From: Clostridia bacterium
GTDB taxonomy: Bacteria > Bacillota > Clostridia > Monoglobales > Monoglobaceae
Direction: 5' to 3'
NCBI GenBank assembly: GCA_045648205.1
Contig: JAZRNM010000030.1
Span: 84,501 to 148,500, forward strand
Length of the DNA: 64,000 bases
This document shows positions 10,043-19,206 of the stretch, piece by piece (within the stretch, counting starts at the first letter, position 1; every line of letters begins with the position of its first letter). The translations under genes were made by a program, and so were the position numbers. The notes under the pieces were generated by a model, which did no database searches, was not told the DNA's origin, and saw only the letters and a program-made list of their open reading frames with translations.

Positions 10043-10912
10043 ATGTTTTTTAATTCCTACAACAAACCGGGTAAGGGTGTCAACAAACGTGACCCAAATC
10101 AACCACGAATAACAACATTTTTTGAAATTCTTCCCCGAAAGATATGGCCTCTTTGCAAAGCAAATATGTTGCACCTTCTGACAGCTATCCCATTTTTTGT
10201 TATAACAATGGTTGTTATGGGTATTATATCCTCAAAGGTTATCAACCTTTTCTCAGCCATTCTCGGTGAAGAGGAGTTTGGTTCCACACTGCTGATACTG
10301 GATGTAATTCTGCGTTGGTTCCTTGCAATTCTCTTTACAGTATTTTTCGGTCAGGGGCCTGTTACCGCAGGCACAACCTACATAATCCGCAACTATGCAA
10401 GAGAGGAACATTGTTGGCCAGTAAGCGACTTCTTTGAAAAAACAAAAGAAAACTTCAAACAAAGCATCGGTATTTGGATTATTGACTTAGGTTTCTTCTA
10501 CGTAGTAACGATTGCTTTTGTTTTCTATTGGACTTCCGCCAATTATATTCTGGCATTTCTGCTGATTTGGATTGCAATAATTTATATTGTGATGCATATA
10601 TACATTTATCAGCTAATAATCACATTTGACCTGCCACTAAGACACAATTTGAGGAACGCATTCATTTTCACTTTTGCAAATGCGCCCAAAAACCTCTTGC
10701 TTCTCTTGATTGTTGTTGCGGTTCATATGGTTCTCCCCTATGTTGCGCTTCTCTATTACAGCAACAAATCGATAATTGTCCTTCTCGTCTGGGCACTCCT
10801 TGAGCTTATTCTTCTCCCCGCCCTGACAAGCTTTATGACAAACTTTTTCATTTATCCGTCAATCGAGAAGTACATAAATCTTGCCAACGAAAACAAAAAT
10901 CTCACAGATTAA
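10043..10912 (+). CDS. YesL family (DUF624) membrane protein
   Basis: 289 aa, multi-TM, with a DUF624-like N-terminus (FFEILPRKIWPLCKANMLHLL). Confidence 0.65.
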   Translation: MFFNSYNKPGKGVNKRDPNQPRITTFFEILPRKIWPLCKANMLHLLTAIPFFVITMVVMGIISSKVINLFSAILGEEEFGSTLLILDVILRWFLAILFTVFFGQGPVTAGTTYIIRNYAREEHCWPVSDFFEKTKENFKQSIGIWIIDLGFFYVVTIAFVFYWTSANYILAFLLIWIAIIYIVMHIYIYQLIITFDLPLRHNLRNAFIFTFANAPKNLLLLLIVVAVHMVLPYVALLYYSNKSIIVLLVWALLELILLPALTSFMTNFFIYPSIEKYINLANENKNLTD

Positions 10913-10914
10913 CC

Positions 10915-10948
10915 AAAAAGGGATTCGCTATATAGCGAATCCCTTTTT
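10915..10948. terminator. Bidirectional terminator closing the glycan locus
   Basis: The perfect palindrome GGGATTCGCTATATAGCGAATCCC sits between an A5 run and a T5 run. Confidence 0.85.
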
Positions 10949-12101
10949 ATAGTCCCAATTCCTCAAAATGTTTCTTTATTTTGTTTGTTTCCCATTTTTC
11001 TGCCATTTCTCTTTCGTTGTCAAAAAAGTTCTTGACCCTGCCCGAAAAAATCCGGCTGAGCAAGCGCTTTATCCAAAAGTACGGCAAAAGCCATGGTTTT
11101 TCCCTGAGGCTCGGATAAAATCCCTCCATAGCCCGACGATTCAAAAACACCGCACTAAAATATTTTTTTAATTTGTAAGTCACTCTTGACTTTGCTTTGA
11201 CTTCTTTGTTGGCAGTACGTTGCATACTGCTTCCGTGCACTCCGCTATCCCAAATATAGTTTTCCATATCTGTCAGGGTTTGAGTTCTTTCTCCGTCCTC
11301 AAACCACATATGAACCAACTTTAAAATGTTTGTTCCGAACCTATCCAAGCCAAGAATCGTAAGTTGTTCATTGATATATTCAAAATCAAGTTCTTTGCCC
11401 CACTCCCGAAGCAAAATCCACAAATCAATCACAGACCGAATTCCTGCACCGCTTGTGGCATAGTGCTTTGCATAGTGGGCAACCTGAAATACAAAGAAGT
11501 CTTCCCTCTTCATTTCATATTCAAATTCGCAATCAGCTTTTAACCTTGCAAATTTCCATCCATCGCCATAATACTCATTTATTTTCGTATGAGCGTCGCT
11601 GACCATCTGTGTGTGCATTTCAATGGTTACAAACGGCGGTTTGAAATATGTCACCTCATCAGTTCTTTCTAACTTTACCGAGTATCCAAGTCCCGCCATT
11701 ATATTTCGAATATTTGCTATATCATTATTCTTAACAAGAATGTCAATATCACCCATACTCCTCATTTCAGGGTTGGGATAAAACTTTTTAATAACATTCC
11801 CCTTCAGAAGCATAAAAGGAATTTTACTTGAACCAAAGGCCTTTCGTATTTTTGATATCTCACTTTCAAATGTGAAATGACGGCTGACAGCAAATGCATT
11901 GTGCTTCAAAAATTCCCGTCTTATCGCCTCTGGCGCCAAATCGGATACCGCACCAACCACACCCACAACATCGTGAAGCTTAGCCTCACTCATAAGGCCG
12001 GGCCAATCCTCCTCCGGGATATTCAAATCTATCTTTTCACCCAGTATAACATTCCTTATTATGTATAACAGACACTTTTTTGTTTCTCTATCAGACATCA
12101 T
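10947..12101 (-). CDS. Nucleotidyltransferase family protein (NTP_transf_5-like)
   Basis: 384 aa with a minimal nucleotidyltransferase-type GDIDILV motif. It is the last gene of the glycan operon. Confidence 0.55.
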   Translation of the reverse strand: MMSDRETKKCLLYIIRNVILGEKIDLNIPEEDWPGLMSEAKLHDVVGVVGAVSDLAPEAIRREFLKHNAFAVSRHFTFESEISKIRKAFGSSKIPFMLLKGNVIKKFYPNPEMRSMGDIDILVKNNDIANIRNIMAGLGYSVKLERTDEVTYFKPPFVTIEMHTQMVSDAHTKINEYYGDGWKFARLKADCEFEYEMKREDFFVFQVAHYAKHYATSGAGIRSVIDLWILLREWGKELDFEYINEQLTILGLDRFGTNILKLVHMWFEDGERTQTLTDMENYIWDSGVHGSSMQRTANKEVKAKSRVTYKLKKYFSAVFLNRRAMEGFYPSLREKPWLLPYFWIKRLLSRIFSGRVKNFFDNEREMAEKWETNKIKKHFEELGL

Positions 12102-12115
12102 TTACTCCTCACAGA

Positions 12116-13444
12116 TTACAGTCGCCAATATCTGTATCCCTTTTTCTCAATCTCATTGACATCAAAAATACCCTTTATGTCAACAAGCACCTTTTCCTCA
12201 TTTTTGCAATCGGCATACATACTATCAAGTTCATCAATTCCAATCCTTTTGAACTCATTGTGGGCCACTGCAAAAATTATGCAATCAGCATCATTAACAT
12301 CATCGAGTTTGGTCAAATCAACTCCATACTCTTTCTTTGCATCATCAATTGATGCCCACGGGTCAACAACAAGCGGCTTAATCCCGTATTCTTCCAATCT
12401 TTTCAAAATGTCCTCAACCTTGCTGTTTCTGGTATCAGGGCAGTTCTCCTTGAATGTCAGTCCCATTATGACAACTTTTGCATTCCTGGGTGATTTATTA
12501 GCAAGAACAAGCTGCTTTATTGTTGCATCAGCCACAAACGCGCCCATTCCGTCGTTCACCTTTCTGCCTGCCGCAATTATCTGGCTGTGATATCCCAACT
12601 TTTCAGCTTCATAAACGAAATAATATGGGTCCACACCAATACAATGTCCTCCAACCAGACCGGGTCTGAATCCGAGAGCATTCCACTTTGTGTTCATAGC
12701 ATCGACAACCTCGTTTGTGTCAATACCCATCTTGTCAAATGCCATTGCAAGCTCATTCATAAAGGCAATATTTATATCCCTTTGCGAGTTTTCAACCACC
12801 TTGGCAGCCTCTGCCACCTTGATTGTGCTTGCTCTGTGAACACCCGCCTCAATCACAATCTCATACACCTTTGCAATAGTGTCAAGAGCTTCATCATCAC
12901 AACCCGAAACAATTTTCTTTATGTTTTCAAGCCTATGCACCTTGTCCCCCGGGTTGATTCTCTCGGGAGAATATCCCACCTTGAAATCAACACCGCACTT
13001 AAGCCCCGATAAACTTTCCAAAATCGGCACACAAACATCCTCAGTTACTCCCGGGTAAACCGTGCTTTCATACACAACATATGAGCCCTTTGTGAGGTTT
13101 CTTCCAACAATCTCACTGGCACTGATAACCGGTGTCAAATCAGGAGTCTTGTCCTGATTTATGGGGGTTGGCACTGCAACAATATGGAACTTTGCCTCTT
13201 TCAGTTTCTGCTCATCACAAGTAAACTCAACAGAAGTGTTCTTTATTTCTTCATCACCAACCTCATGAGTTGGATCAATGCCTGATTTATACAAATCAAT
13301 TTTTGACTTATTCAAATCAAAACCAATTACCTTCACTGATTTTGCAAAGGCCACCGCTATCGGCATTCCCACATACCCAAGTCCCACCAAAGATATGCTT
13401 TCTTCTTTTTTAATCAACTTTTCATATAATTTCATATTTCTCAT
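12116..13444 (-). CDS. UDP-N-acetyl-hexosamine 6-dehydrogenase (TviB/WbpO/CapL-type nucleotide-sugar dehydrogenase)
   Basis: 442 aa with an N-terminal GLGYVGMP Rossmann motif, the catalytic GGHCIGVDPYY motif and a C-terminal UDP-binding domain. Confidence 0.85.
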   Translation of the reverse strand: MRNMKLYEKLIKKEESISLVGLGYVGMPIAVAFAKSVKVIGFDLNKSKIDLYKSGIDPTHEVGDEEIKNTSVEFTCDEQKLKEAKFHIVAVPTPINQDKTPDLTPVISASEIVGRNLTKGSYVVYESTVYPGVTEDVCVPILESLSGLKCGVDFKVGYSPERINPGDKVHRLENIKKIVSGCDDEALDTIAKVYEIVIEAGVHRASTIKVAEAAKVVENSQRDINIAFMNELAMAFDKMGIDTNEVVDAMNTKWNALGFRPGLVGGHCIGVDPYYFVYEAEKLGYHSQIIAAGRKVNDGMGAFVADATIKQLVLANKSPRNAKVVIMGLTFKENCPDTRNSKVEDILKRLEEYGIKPLVVDPWASIDDAKKEYGVDLTKLDDVNDADCIIFAVAHNEFKRIGIDELDSMYADCKNEEKVLVDIKGIFDVNEIEKKGYRYWRL

Positions 13445-14595
13445 CCCATCCTCAACAACTTTTTAACCCTTTTCTTTAATTTGTATATTATCTCCTTTTT
13501 AAAAGAGCCCTTCATATATGTCTTTTTTGCGGCCTTCTCAAATCCTTCTTTGTGAACCAATTCAAAAAAGGCACCTCTTTTTTCCCAAGCCTTTGAATAA
13601 TCCTTCTTCGCATAGGCATATTCTGAATAACGATTGTCAATCTGTGTCAAATTAAACTCACCTTGAATGCTCTCAACAAGGCTTCTTCCCCTGTCATTGT
13701 TCGCAACAATCAATGATAAACCTTTTTCATCATTAATATTGGGATTATATTCCCGATATCCCCAAAAATCACCAAGTGTTATGTCAGACAAGTGTTTTTC
13801 CCTATATCCGCAATCATAACAGCTTCTTCTCAGAAAAACATTTTCACTCATAAATCCTCGATAAAAAGAATCGAAGATAAACGGAGTACGGACCGTTTTC
13901 ATCTTGGTTTTCAGCAAAAAACTCTTCTCGCTCCAGCTTTTGTCCTTCGGCCTGAAATCCATCTTGAGCAGTTCCGAATTCCCAACAACAGAATCCAGAT
14001 GTTCACGAAACAGCCCAGAGCTTGGAACCCCGTGACAGATAAAGTCACAAACAATCAAAAAGCCCTCTGCATCTGAAATTGCCTTTTTTACACCTGCCGC
14101 TTGGCAAGGCGTCCCGCAGAACAAGACCGACCTTTTATTATCAATGTTTCTTTGTATCTCTGCTATGGTGTTTCTCATATCACTTTCAATGTATTTGCTT
14201 TTTTGCAATTCTCCAAGTGACACACTGTCCGAAGAATAATGATACAGGGTTCTTTCCTTTAAATCAAAAAATGCCCCAAAAACAACTCCACCATTTTTGA
14301 TGGTTTTTTCTGCCAATGCGACAAAAGCCCCGCCCGAGCTACTCTCATGTCTCTTTTGAGCATCCTTGTGAAAACCAAAATACGTTGTTTTTTCATTTTT
14401 AATATCTACAGTTTGAAAAACCTGACAAACACTTTCACATTTTCCGCATCTCACACACTTTTCGTTATCAATCACAGGAAAATAAAAGCCCTCATCATCC
14501 GCAAGCATTTCAATGCACTTCATCGGACACACAGCCTTGCAGGCAGAGCATCCGGTACATTTATTTTTAATGTTTTCTATCTTCAAAAAAATCAC
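13441..14595 (-). CDS. FrhB-like (coenzyme F420 hydrogenase/dehydrogenase beta-subunit family) Fe-S protein
   Basis: 384 aa with two N-terminal 4Fe-4S ferredoxin motifs (CTGCSACKAVCP, CVRCGKCESVC) followed by an FrhB-like body. Confidence 0.7.
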   Translation of the reverse strand: MIFLKIENIKNKCTGCSACKAVCPMKCIEMLADDEGFYFPVIDNEKCVRCGKCESVCQVFQTVDIKNEKTTYFGFHKDAQKRHESSSGGAFVALAEKTIKNGGVVFGAFFDLKERTLYHYSSDSVSLGELQKSKYIESDMRNTIAEIQRNIDNKRSVLFCGTPCQAAGVKKAISDAEGFLIVCDFICHGVPSSGLFREHLDSVVGNSELLKMDFRPKDKSWSEKSFLLKTKMKTVRTPFIFDSFYRGFMSENVFLRRSCYDCGYREKHLSDITLGDFWGYREYNPNINDEKGLSLIVANNDRGRSLVESIQGEFNLTQIDNRYSEYAYAKKDYSKAWEKRGAFFELVHKEGFEKAAKKTYMKGSFKKEIIYKLKKRVKKLLRMG

Positions 14596-15281
14596 CTTTT
14601 CAAGATTTTTCTAAGCTTTTCCACAGACTTTTCAAAGTCCGTCTCGTCAAAATTTATCCGAGGCACCGCCCTATCTTTGTGAGTCACAAAATTCAATGGA
14701 AGAGGATTGACAGACAATGCATAGGTATATGTATCTATATACTCAAAACACTCCTTGTCATATTCCCCATGGGAGTATGCAAACAGTTCAACAGGCTTTC
14801 CGATGATATCCTCCAATTGTTTTTTTGATTCGATAATTTCCCGTCTTTTTTCATCTTTTGTCAGTTGGTTAAGGCAATCATGAGTAACACCATGGGAACC
14901 AATTGTAACCGTCTTATCACTTGCCATTTCAATCAACTGTTTTGTAGTAATATATCCCGGCTGGTCCAAAAAGTCAGTAGCAATAAATGCGGTGAAAGGA
15001 ATTCCCTTTTCTTTTAAATATGGATATGCAATTGTATACAAATCCTCAAGACCATCATCAAAGGTAATTGCAAGTTTCCTCCTATGCGGTCTTTTTATAA
15101 CTTCAATGAGCGGAGCATAATCTTCATTACTTTCAATCAAAGTTTTGAATTTTTCTGTTTCCAGCAAACACCCGCTTCTTTGAATATCAGGGGTTGTGCT
15201 GACGTGATGAAACATCACAACTGCAGAAGATGGTATTTTATATAAAAAATATTTAGCTGTCTTTTTCACTAAACTAATCAT
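14592..15281 (-). CDS. Polysaccharide deacetylase (NodB homology domain)
   Basis: 229 aa with the NodB motifs TFDDG and GSHGVTH. Confidence 0.8.
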   Translation of the reverse strand: MISLVKKTAKYFLYKIPSSAVVMFHHVSTTPDIQRSGCLLETEKFKTLIESNEDYAPLIEVIKRPHRRKLAITFDDGLEDLYTIAYPYLKEKGIPFTAFIATDFLDQPGYITTKQLIEMASDKTVTIGSHGVTHDCLNQLTKDEKRREIIESKKQLEDIIGKPVELFAYSHGEYDKECFEYIDTYTYALSVNPLPLNFVTHKDRAVPRINFDETDFEKSVEKLRKILKR

Positions 15282-16371
15282 TTTCTACCTCTTTGATGCA
15301 ATCGGCAATATATTTTTTTGAAAAATCAATGCTGTCGCAAAGTTTTTCTCCAATTTTTTCATAATCCAACAAACTATTTTCATTATAGGTTTCAATGTAA
15401 GCTTTTTTCTCAAGCCCAACTTTTTCAAGCAAATTGTAGCCTCTGCCCATAGTAAGTTTGTTATTATCAGAAAAAACAAACTGTTTCTCAAATATCAACG
15501 AAAATGCCACACCATGAAAAGAATTCGTCACAATAAAATCAGCATTTTTCATCAAAAACAAAAACTCTTCGGGACCCACATCCAAGAGGGGTAAGCGGGC
15601 AGTATTTCTCATAACTGTGTCAGACATCACAACAAGCCTTAATCCCTTTTCGCGGGCTAACTTCTTGGCAAACTCATCACTTTGTTTTGAGCCTAACAAC
15701 CTGTAATAAAACAAATATTTCTTATACTTTTTTTTGTATGGCTTTGCAACTCTGCTCCAAAATTCCTTATCGTTCAAAAAAACAGGATCAAGAACCTGAA
15801 CCGCATCCTTATTGCAAAGTCCCTTGACCAAAGCTATTCCGCTCTCTTCTCTGACGGAAACACGGGAAAAACTTTCCAGATATCCTCCCAGTTCTTCTCT
15901 TTTGCTTTCATCAATCTCATCCACACCAAAGCTTGCCGCATATGAAAACTTTTTTGCGCCCTTTGAGACAAAATCCAGGAAAAAAACTTCCCTTTCTTCT
16001 TTAATTCTGTTGGGATTAAAAACCTGGTCACTCCCGGTGAAAAAAGCATCCCCAAAGGGTGTTTCTTTTCTCAGCTCCTCGTTGCTTTCAAACCGTTTCG
16101 TCAATTTCAGATTTCCATCGACAAACTTCTCAAACTTTTTATGCTTTTGTTTTTTAAGTGGAATAAGTGGCAGATTCAGGACAAACTTAATTAGTCCTTT
16201 AATTCCACGGGGTTTTTTCATCAACCTATATATATATCGTAAATGTGGCGTGTTGTAATCTATAACCCTGACGTCATCAGAAAAGGTTTCCATAGCTTTC
16301 ATAAGCGAAAATGCCTGAAGAACTGCACCATAATTTTTGGGGGTGTGAAACGTTATCAATTTGATTTTCAT
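15274..16371 (-). CDS. Polysaccharide pyruvyl transferase family protein
   Basis: 365 aa with the N-terminus MKIKLITFHTPKNYGAVLQAFSL and a general PS_pyruv_trans layout. Confidence 0.8.
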   Translation of the reverse strand: MKIKLITFHTPKNYGAVLQAFSLMKAMETFSDDVRVIDYNTPHLRYIYRLMKKPRGIKGLIKFVLNLPLIPLKKQKHKKFEKFVDGNLKLTKRFESNEELRKETPFGDAFFTGSDQVFNPNRIKEEREVFFLDFVSKGAKKFSYAASFGVDEIDESKREELGGYLESFSRVSVREESGIALVKGLCNKDAVQVLDPVFLNDKEFWSRVAKPYKKKYKKYLFYYRLLGSKQSDEFAKKLAREKGLRLVVMSDTVMRNTARLPLLDVGPEEFLFLMKNADFIVTNSFHGVAFSLIFEKQFVFSDNNKLTMGRGYNLLEKVGLEKKAYIETYNENSLLDYEKIGEKLCDSIDFSKKYIADCIKEVEND

Positions 16372-17921
16372 TCTTTCTTGTCACCTCTTCTGATTATTTT
16401 TTTTATAGTTTTGCCTAGCAATTCGTATAAATAACAAAATTCCTCTGTCTTTGAATAGAAAGCAATAATACACACAACAGGGATAATGGCTCCCAAACAT
16501 GCGGATACAAAAAATTCTACATATGCATTTGATATTCTTAATAACGCTTTAATAACTGTTATAATAATTCCGGATATAACCGTAGTCAAAGAGTATGAAA
16601 AATACTTAATGAAATATTTATATGGTTTCACTCCAAATGCCTTTTTATATATCAGCATTGGGTCATACCACAGCTGGGTGCTGACTCTCGATATAATGGT
16701 TCCCAGCAGCACACCTGTAATTCCGCAAACATTAACCAGGGCAACAGAAACAACTATATTTATCACAGACATAATCACAGGTCTGTACTTTCCCTGAACA
16801 AATAATCCGTTTGTGGTTCTGAATGCACTCACGGGGCTTAACATTCCCCTGATGTAAAATTCCACAATAATTGCTATAACCGTATATGACTGCATCAAAA
16901 ACTCTTCACCAATCCAAATTGTCACAAAGGGTTGAAACATTGCCCACAGACAGGAAGAACAAATGCAGTATAAAACAAATGAAATAAAAAACAATCTTTT
17001 GAACACCACATATTGCATTTCCTTTGACTCTGTTGCAACAACATTTCCGACACTAGCCGTCGTGGCACCAAATATCTGGTATATAAACGAATAAATCTGA
17101 TTGGAAATCAATATGTAGTTCCCATATATTCCCGCATACACCGTTCCAACAAACGCTGAAATTATAATATTATCTGTGCCGTTCAGGACCACCCCGGACA
17201 CTTTATATAAGAACAAGGCCTTCACATCAGCAAACAGACTTTTCTTTTCCTGGCGCGAAATTGATTCTCCTTTGAATTTTTTTATAGCAGGATATAGTGT
17301 GTTTGCTTTATTAGATATAATTACATTTTGAACAATTGTCATTGATATATTAAATACCAAATACAAAACAAAATCCCTGAATACCAACAAAAGTACACAC
17401 TCAACGGCTGTCTTTATAATTGAAACAAGTATTTTAATTCTTGCCACCTGATAATCTTTTTGTGCGGCGGTCAATAAAAGTGATTTATAAATAAAAAGAT
17501 ATGACGAAGAAGTATTTATTATATACAACACATAAATGAATCTTAAATCCTCAACAACATCAGGAACATCCTTTATTATATAATTCAGGAATGGGGTCAA
17601 GCTAATTCCTGCAACAAATATGACAGCAGCAATAACAACATAAATTTTCTTATAAAAAGTCATAAGACTTCCTATTTTGTCGTTGTCTTCATCCGCCAGA
17701 GGCTTGTACAAAGTATATGTCATAGCAGTTCCGATTCCCAGTTCCGCAAAGGAAAGAATTACAAGAATATTGCTGAAAACCGAAGAAACCCCCAGGTACT
17801 GGATGCCCAACGTCTTAATAAAAATATTTCTGACAACAAATGCAAGTATGGTATTAAGCACCGATGCAAACATTCCTGTTGAGGCATTTAGAAAGGAGTT
17901 GTATATTCTACTTTTCTTCAT
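16368..17921 (-). CDS. wzx: Oligosaccharide flippase (Wzx, MOP superfamily)
   Basis: 517 aa, roughly 14 predicted TM segments, with a typical polysaccharide-biosynthesis-protein N-terminus. Confidence 0.8.
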   Translation of the reverse strand: MKKSRIYNSFLNASTGMFASVLNTILAFVVRNIFIKTLGIQYLGVSSVFSNILVILSFAELGIGTAMTYTLYKPLADEDNDKIGSLMTFYKKIYVVIAAVIFVAGISLTPFLNYIIKDVPDVVEDLRFIYVLYIINTSSSYLFIYKSLLLTAAQKDYQVARIKILVSIIKTAVECVLLLVFRDFVLYLVFNISMTIVQNVIISNKANTLYPAIKKFKGESISRQEKKSLFADVKALFLYKVSGVVLNGTDNIIISAFVGTVYAGIYGNYILISNQIYSFIYQIFGATTASVGNVVATESKEMQYVVFKRLFFISFVLYCICSSCLWAMFQPFVTIWIGEEFLMQSYTVIAIIVEFYIRGMLSPVSAFRTTNGLFVQGKYRPVIMSVINIVVSVALVNVCGITGVLLGTIISRVSTQLWYDPMLIYKKAFGVKPYKYFIKYFSYSLTTVISGIIITVIKALLRISNAYVEFFVSACLGAIIPVVCIIAFYSKTEEFCYLYELLGKTIKKIIRRGDKKE

Positions 17922-19194
17922 TTTTTGTAATTAGCCTCCTAAAAATAATTTTGAGCGACTGTAGCGGGCGAATATAATGATATAATTTAGCCTTAAATCC
18001 TACCTTGATTTTATTATCTTTCAAATAACAGCCCATTTCTTTGTAAAAAAAGTCCTTGTCGTTTTTGCCCAGCAGAACTCCCATCAATTTCCACCTGGTG
18101 GAATAGTAATGGTTCATATCAGGGAAACTCTCCTTAAATTTTTCCAGACTGCCAAGCAAATCCAGTCCCATCATTGTTCTGATACATTTTGCACAATGCC
18201 CGCAATTAACAGTTTCATATGCACAAACATTCAAATATTTCTGAGCAACGCTCTTGTCTAAAAGGTATTCAAGTTTTTTCAATCTGCTTTTATTGAAATC
18301 CCCCGAATAGAAATTCAAGTGGTTTAATGAAATATTAGGCAATATAAACAAATCACCATTACTCGAATCATCCAATAATGACATATCTGTTTTTACTCCA
18401 TAACCGGCTGATGCATAGTAATAATTCTCCCACATTTTCTGTGTTGCGAGCACTGCCGAACAATTTCTATATGTGTGAGAAAAACTAAACGCACCTTGAT
18501 AAAACTCAGGGATATTTGAATCGATATCAATAAACTTCAAACCCAGCTCTTCTGATACTATTTCACCAAGTTTATTCCGTTCATCAAACTCCTGAAGAGT
18601 TTTTTCTCTCCACAAATCCAAGGGCACATTCTTCCCATATCCATCATAATTTAACGCCCCCGTATTAAAAACAGCGAGATGGGTCAATTTGTATTCTGGC
18701 TGAACACAGTCTTCCAGATTCATCAAAATAGCAGAAAAGGAATCAACACCACAGGACACACCTGTGCCGCAATAATTGGCTATTTTTTCTACCTCCTCTG
18801 CAGGATCCGCCACAACTTCTATTTTTCTTAATCCTGTTTTTTCATCATGCAATGCAGGAATTATCATATTATTTAATTGATACAGCAATTTTGAAGTAAT
18901 TGGAACTTCACTTTGAATATCTTCCTCCGCTATCATTGCAAAATACAACACCGCAACAACAAAGGCATCGCATCTTTCGAAGCAAAGAGCCTCACTATAC
19001 TTGCTATTCACGCTGTACCACATAATAAAACTATCGTCTTCTATTAAATCTTTTCTGTACCGAATGCCGATTTTCTTATCAATAATCAAAGAATTTGTTT
19101 TCCATCTTTCTATAGCCTCATCAGAGATGTTAATCTTCGCACAAAGTTTCGTTCTGTCAGCCTCATCTTCACGCCAGATTTTTTCAATCTTCAT
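17908..19194 (-). CDS. Hypothetical protein with a PP-loop-like motif and a QueC-like C-terminal Cys4 cluster
   Basis: 428 aa. GTGVSCGVDSFSAIL resembles the SGGxDS PP-loop. CAYETVNCGHCAKC (C-x6-C-x2-C-x2-C) resembles the QueC zinc site. I recognise no other family. Confidence 0.4.
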   Translation of the reverse strand: MKIEKIWREDEADRTKLCAKINISDEAIERWKTNSLIIDKKIGIRYRKDLIEDDSFIMWYSVNSKYSEALCFERCDAFVVAVLYFAMIAEEDIQSEVPITSKLLYQLNNMIIPALHDEKTGLRKIEVVADPAEEVEKIANYCGTGVSCGVDSFSAILMNLEDCVQPEYKLTHLAVFNTGALNYDGYGKNVPLDLWREKTLQEFDERNKLGEIVSEELGLKFIDIDSNIPEFYQGAFSFSHTYRNCSAVLATQKMWENYYYASAGYGVKTDMSLLDDSSNGDLFILPNISLNHLNFYSGDFNKSRLKKLEYLLDKSVAQKYLNVCAYETVNCGHCAKCIRTMMGLDLLGSLEKFKESFPDMNHYYSTRWKLMGVLLGKNDKDFFYKEMGCYLKDNKIKVGFKAKLYHYIRPLQSLKIIFRRLITKNEEK

Positions 19195-19206
19195 TCATCA
19201 ATCACC

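Noticed and set aside
16397-16404. Homopolymer tracts (T8 here; similar A8/T8 runs elsewhere in the glycan locus) as phase-variation switches.
   Set aside because: Runs of 8 are common in AT-rich DNA and shorter than tracts usually shown to slip. There is no evidence of frameshifted genes.
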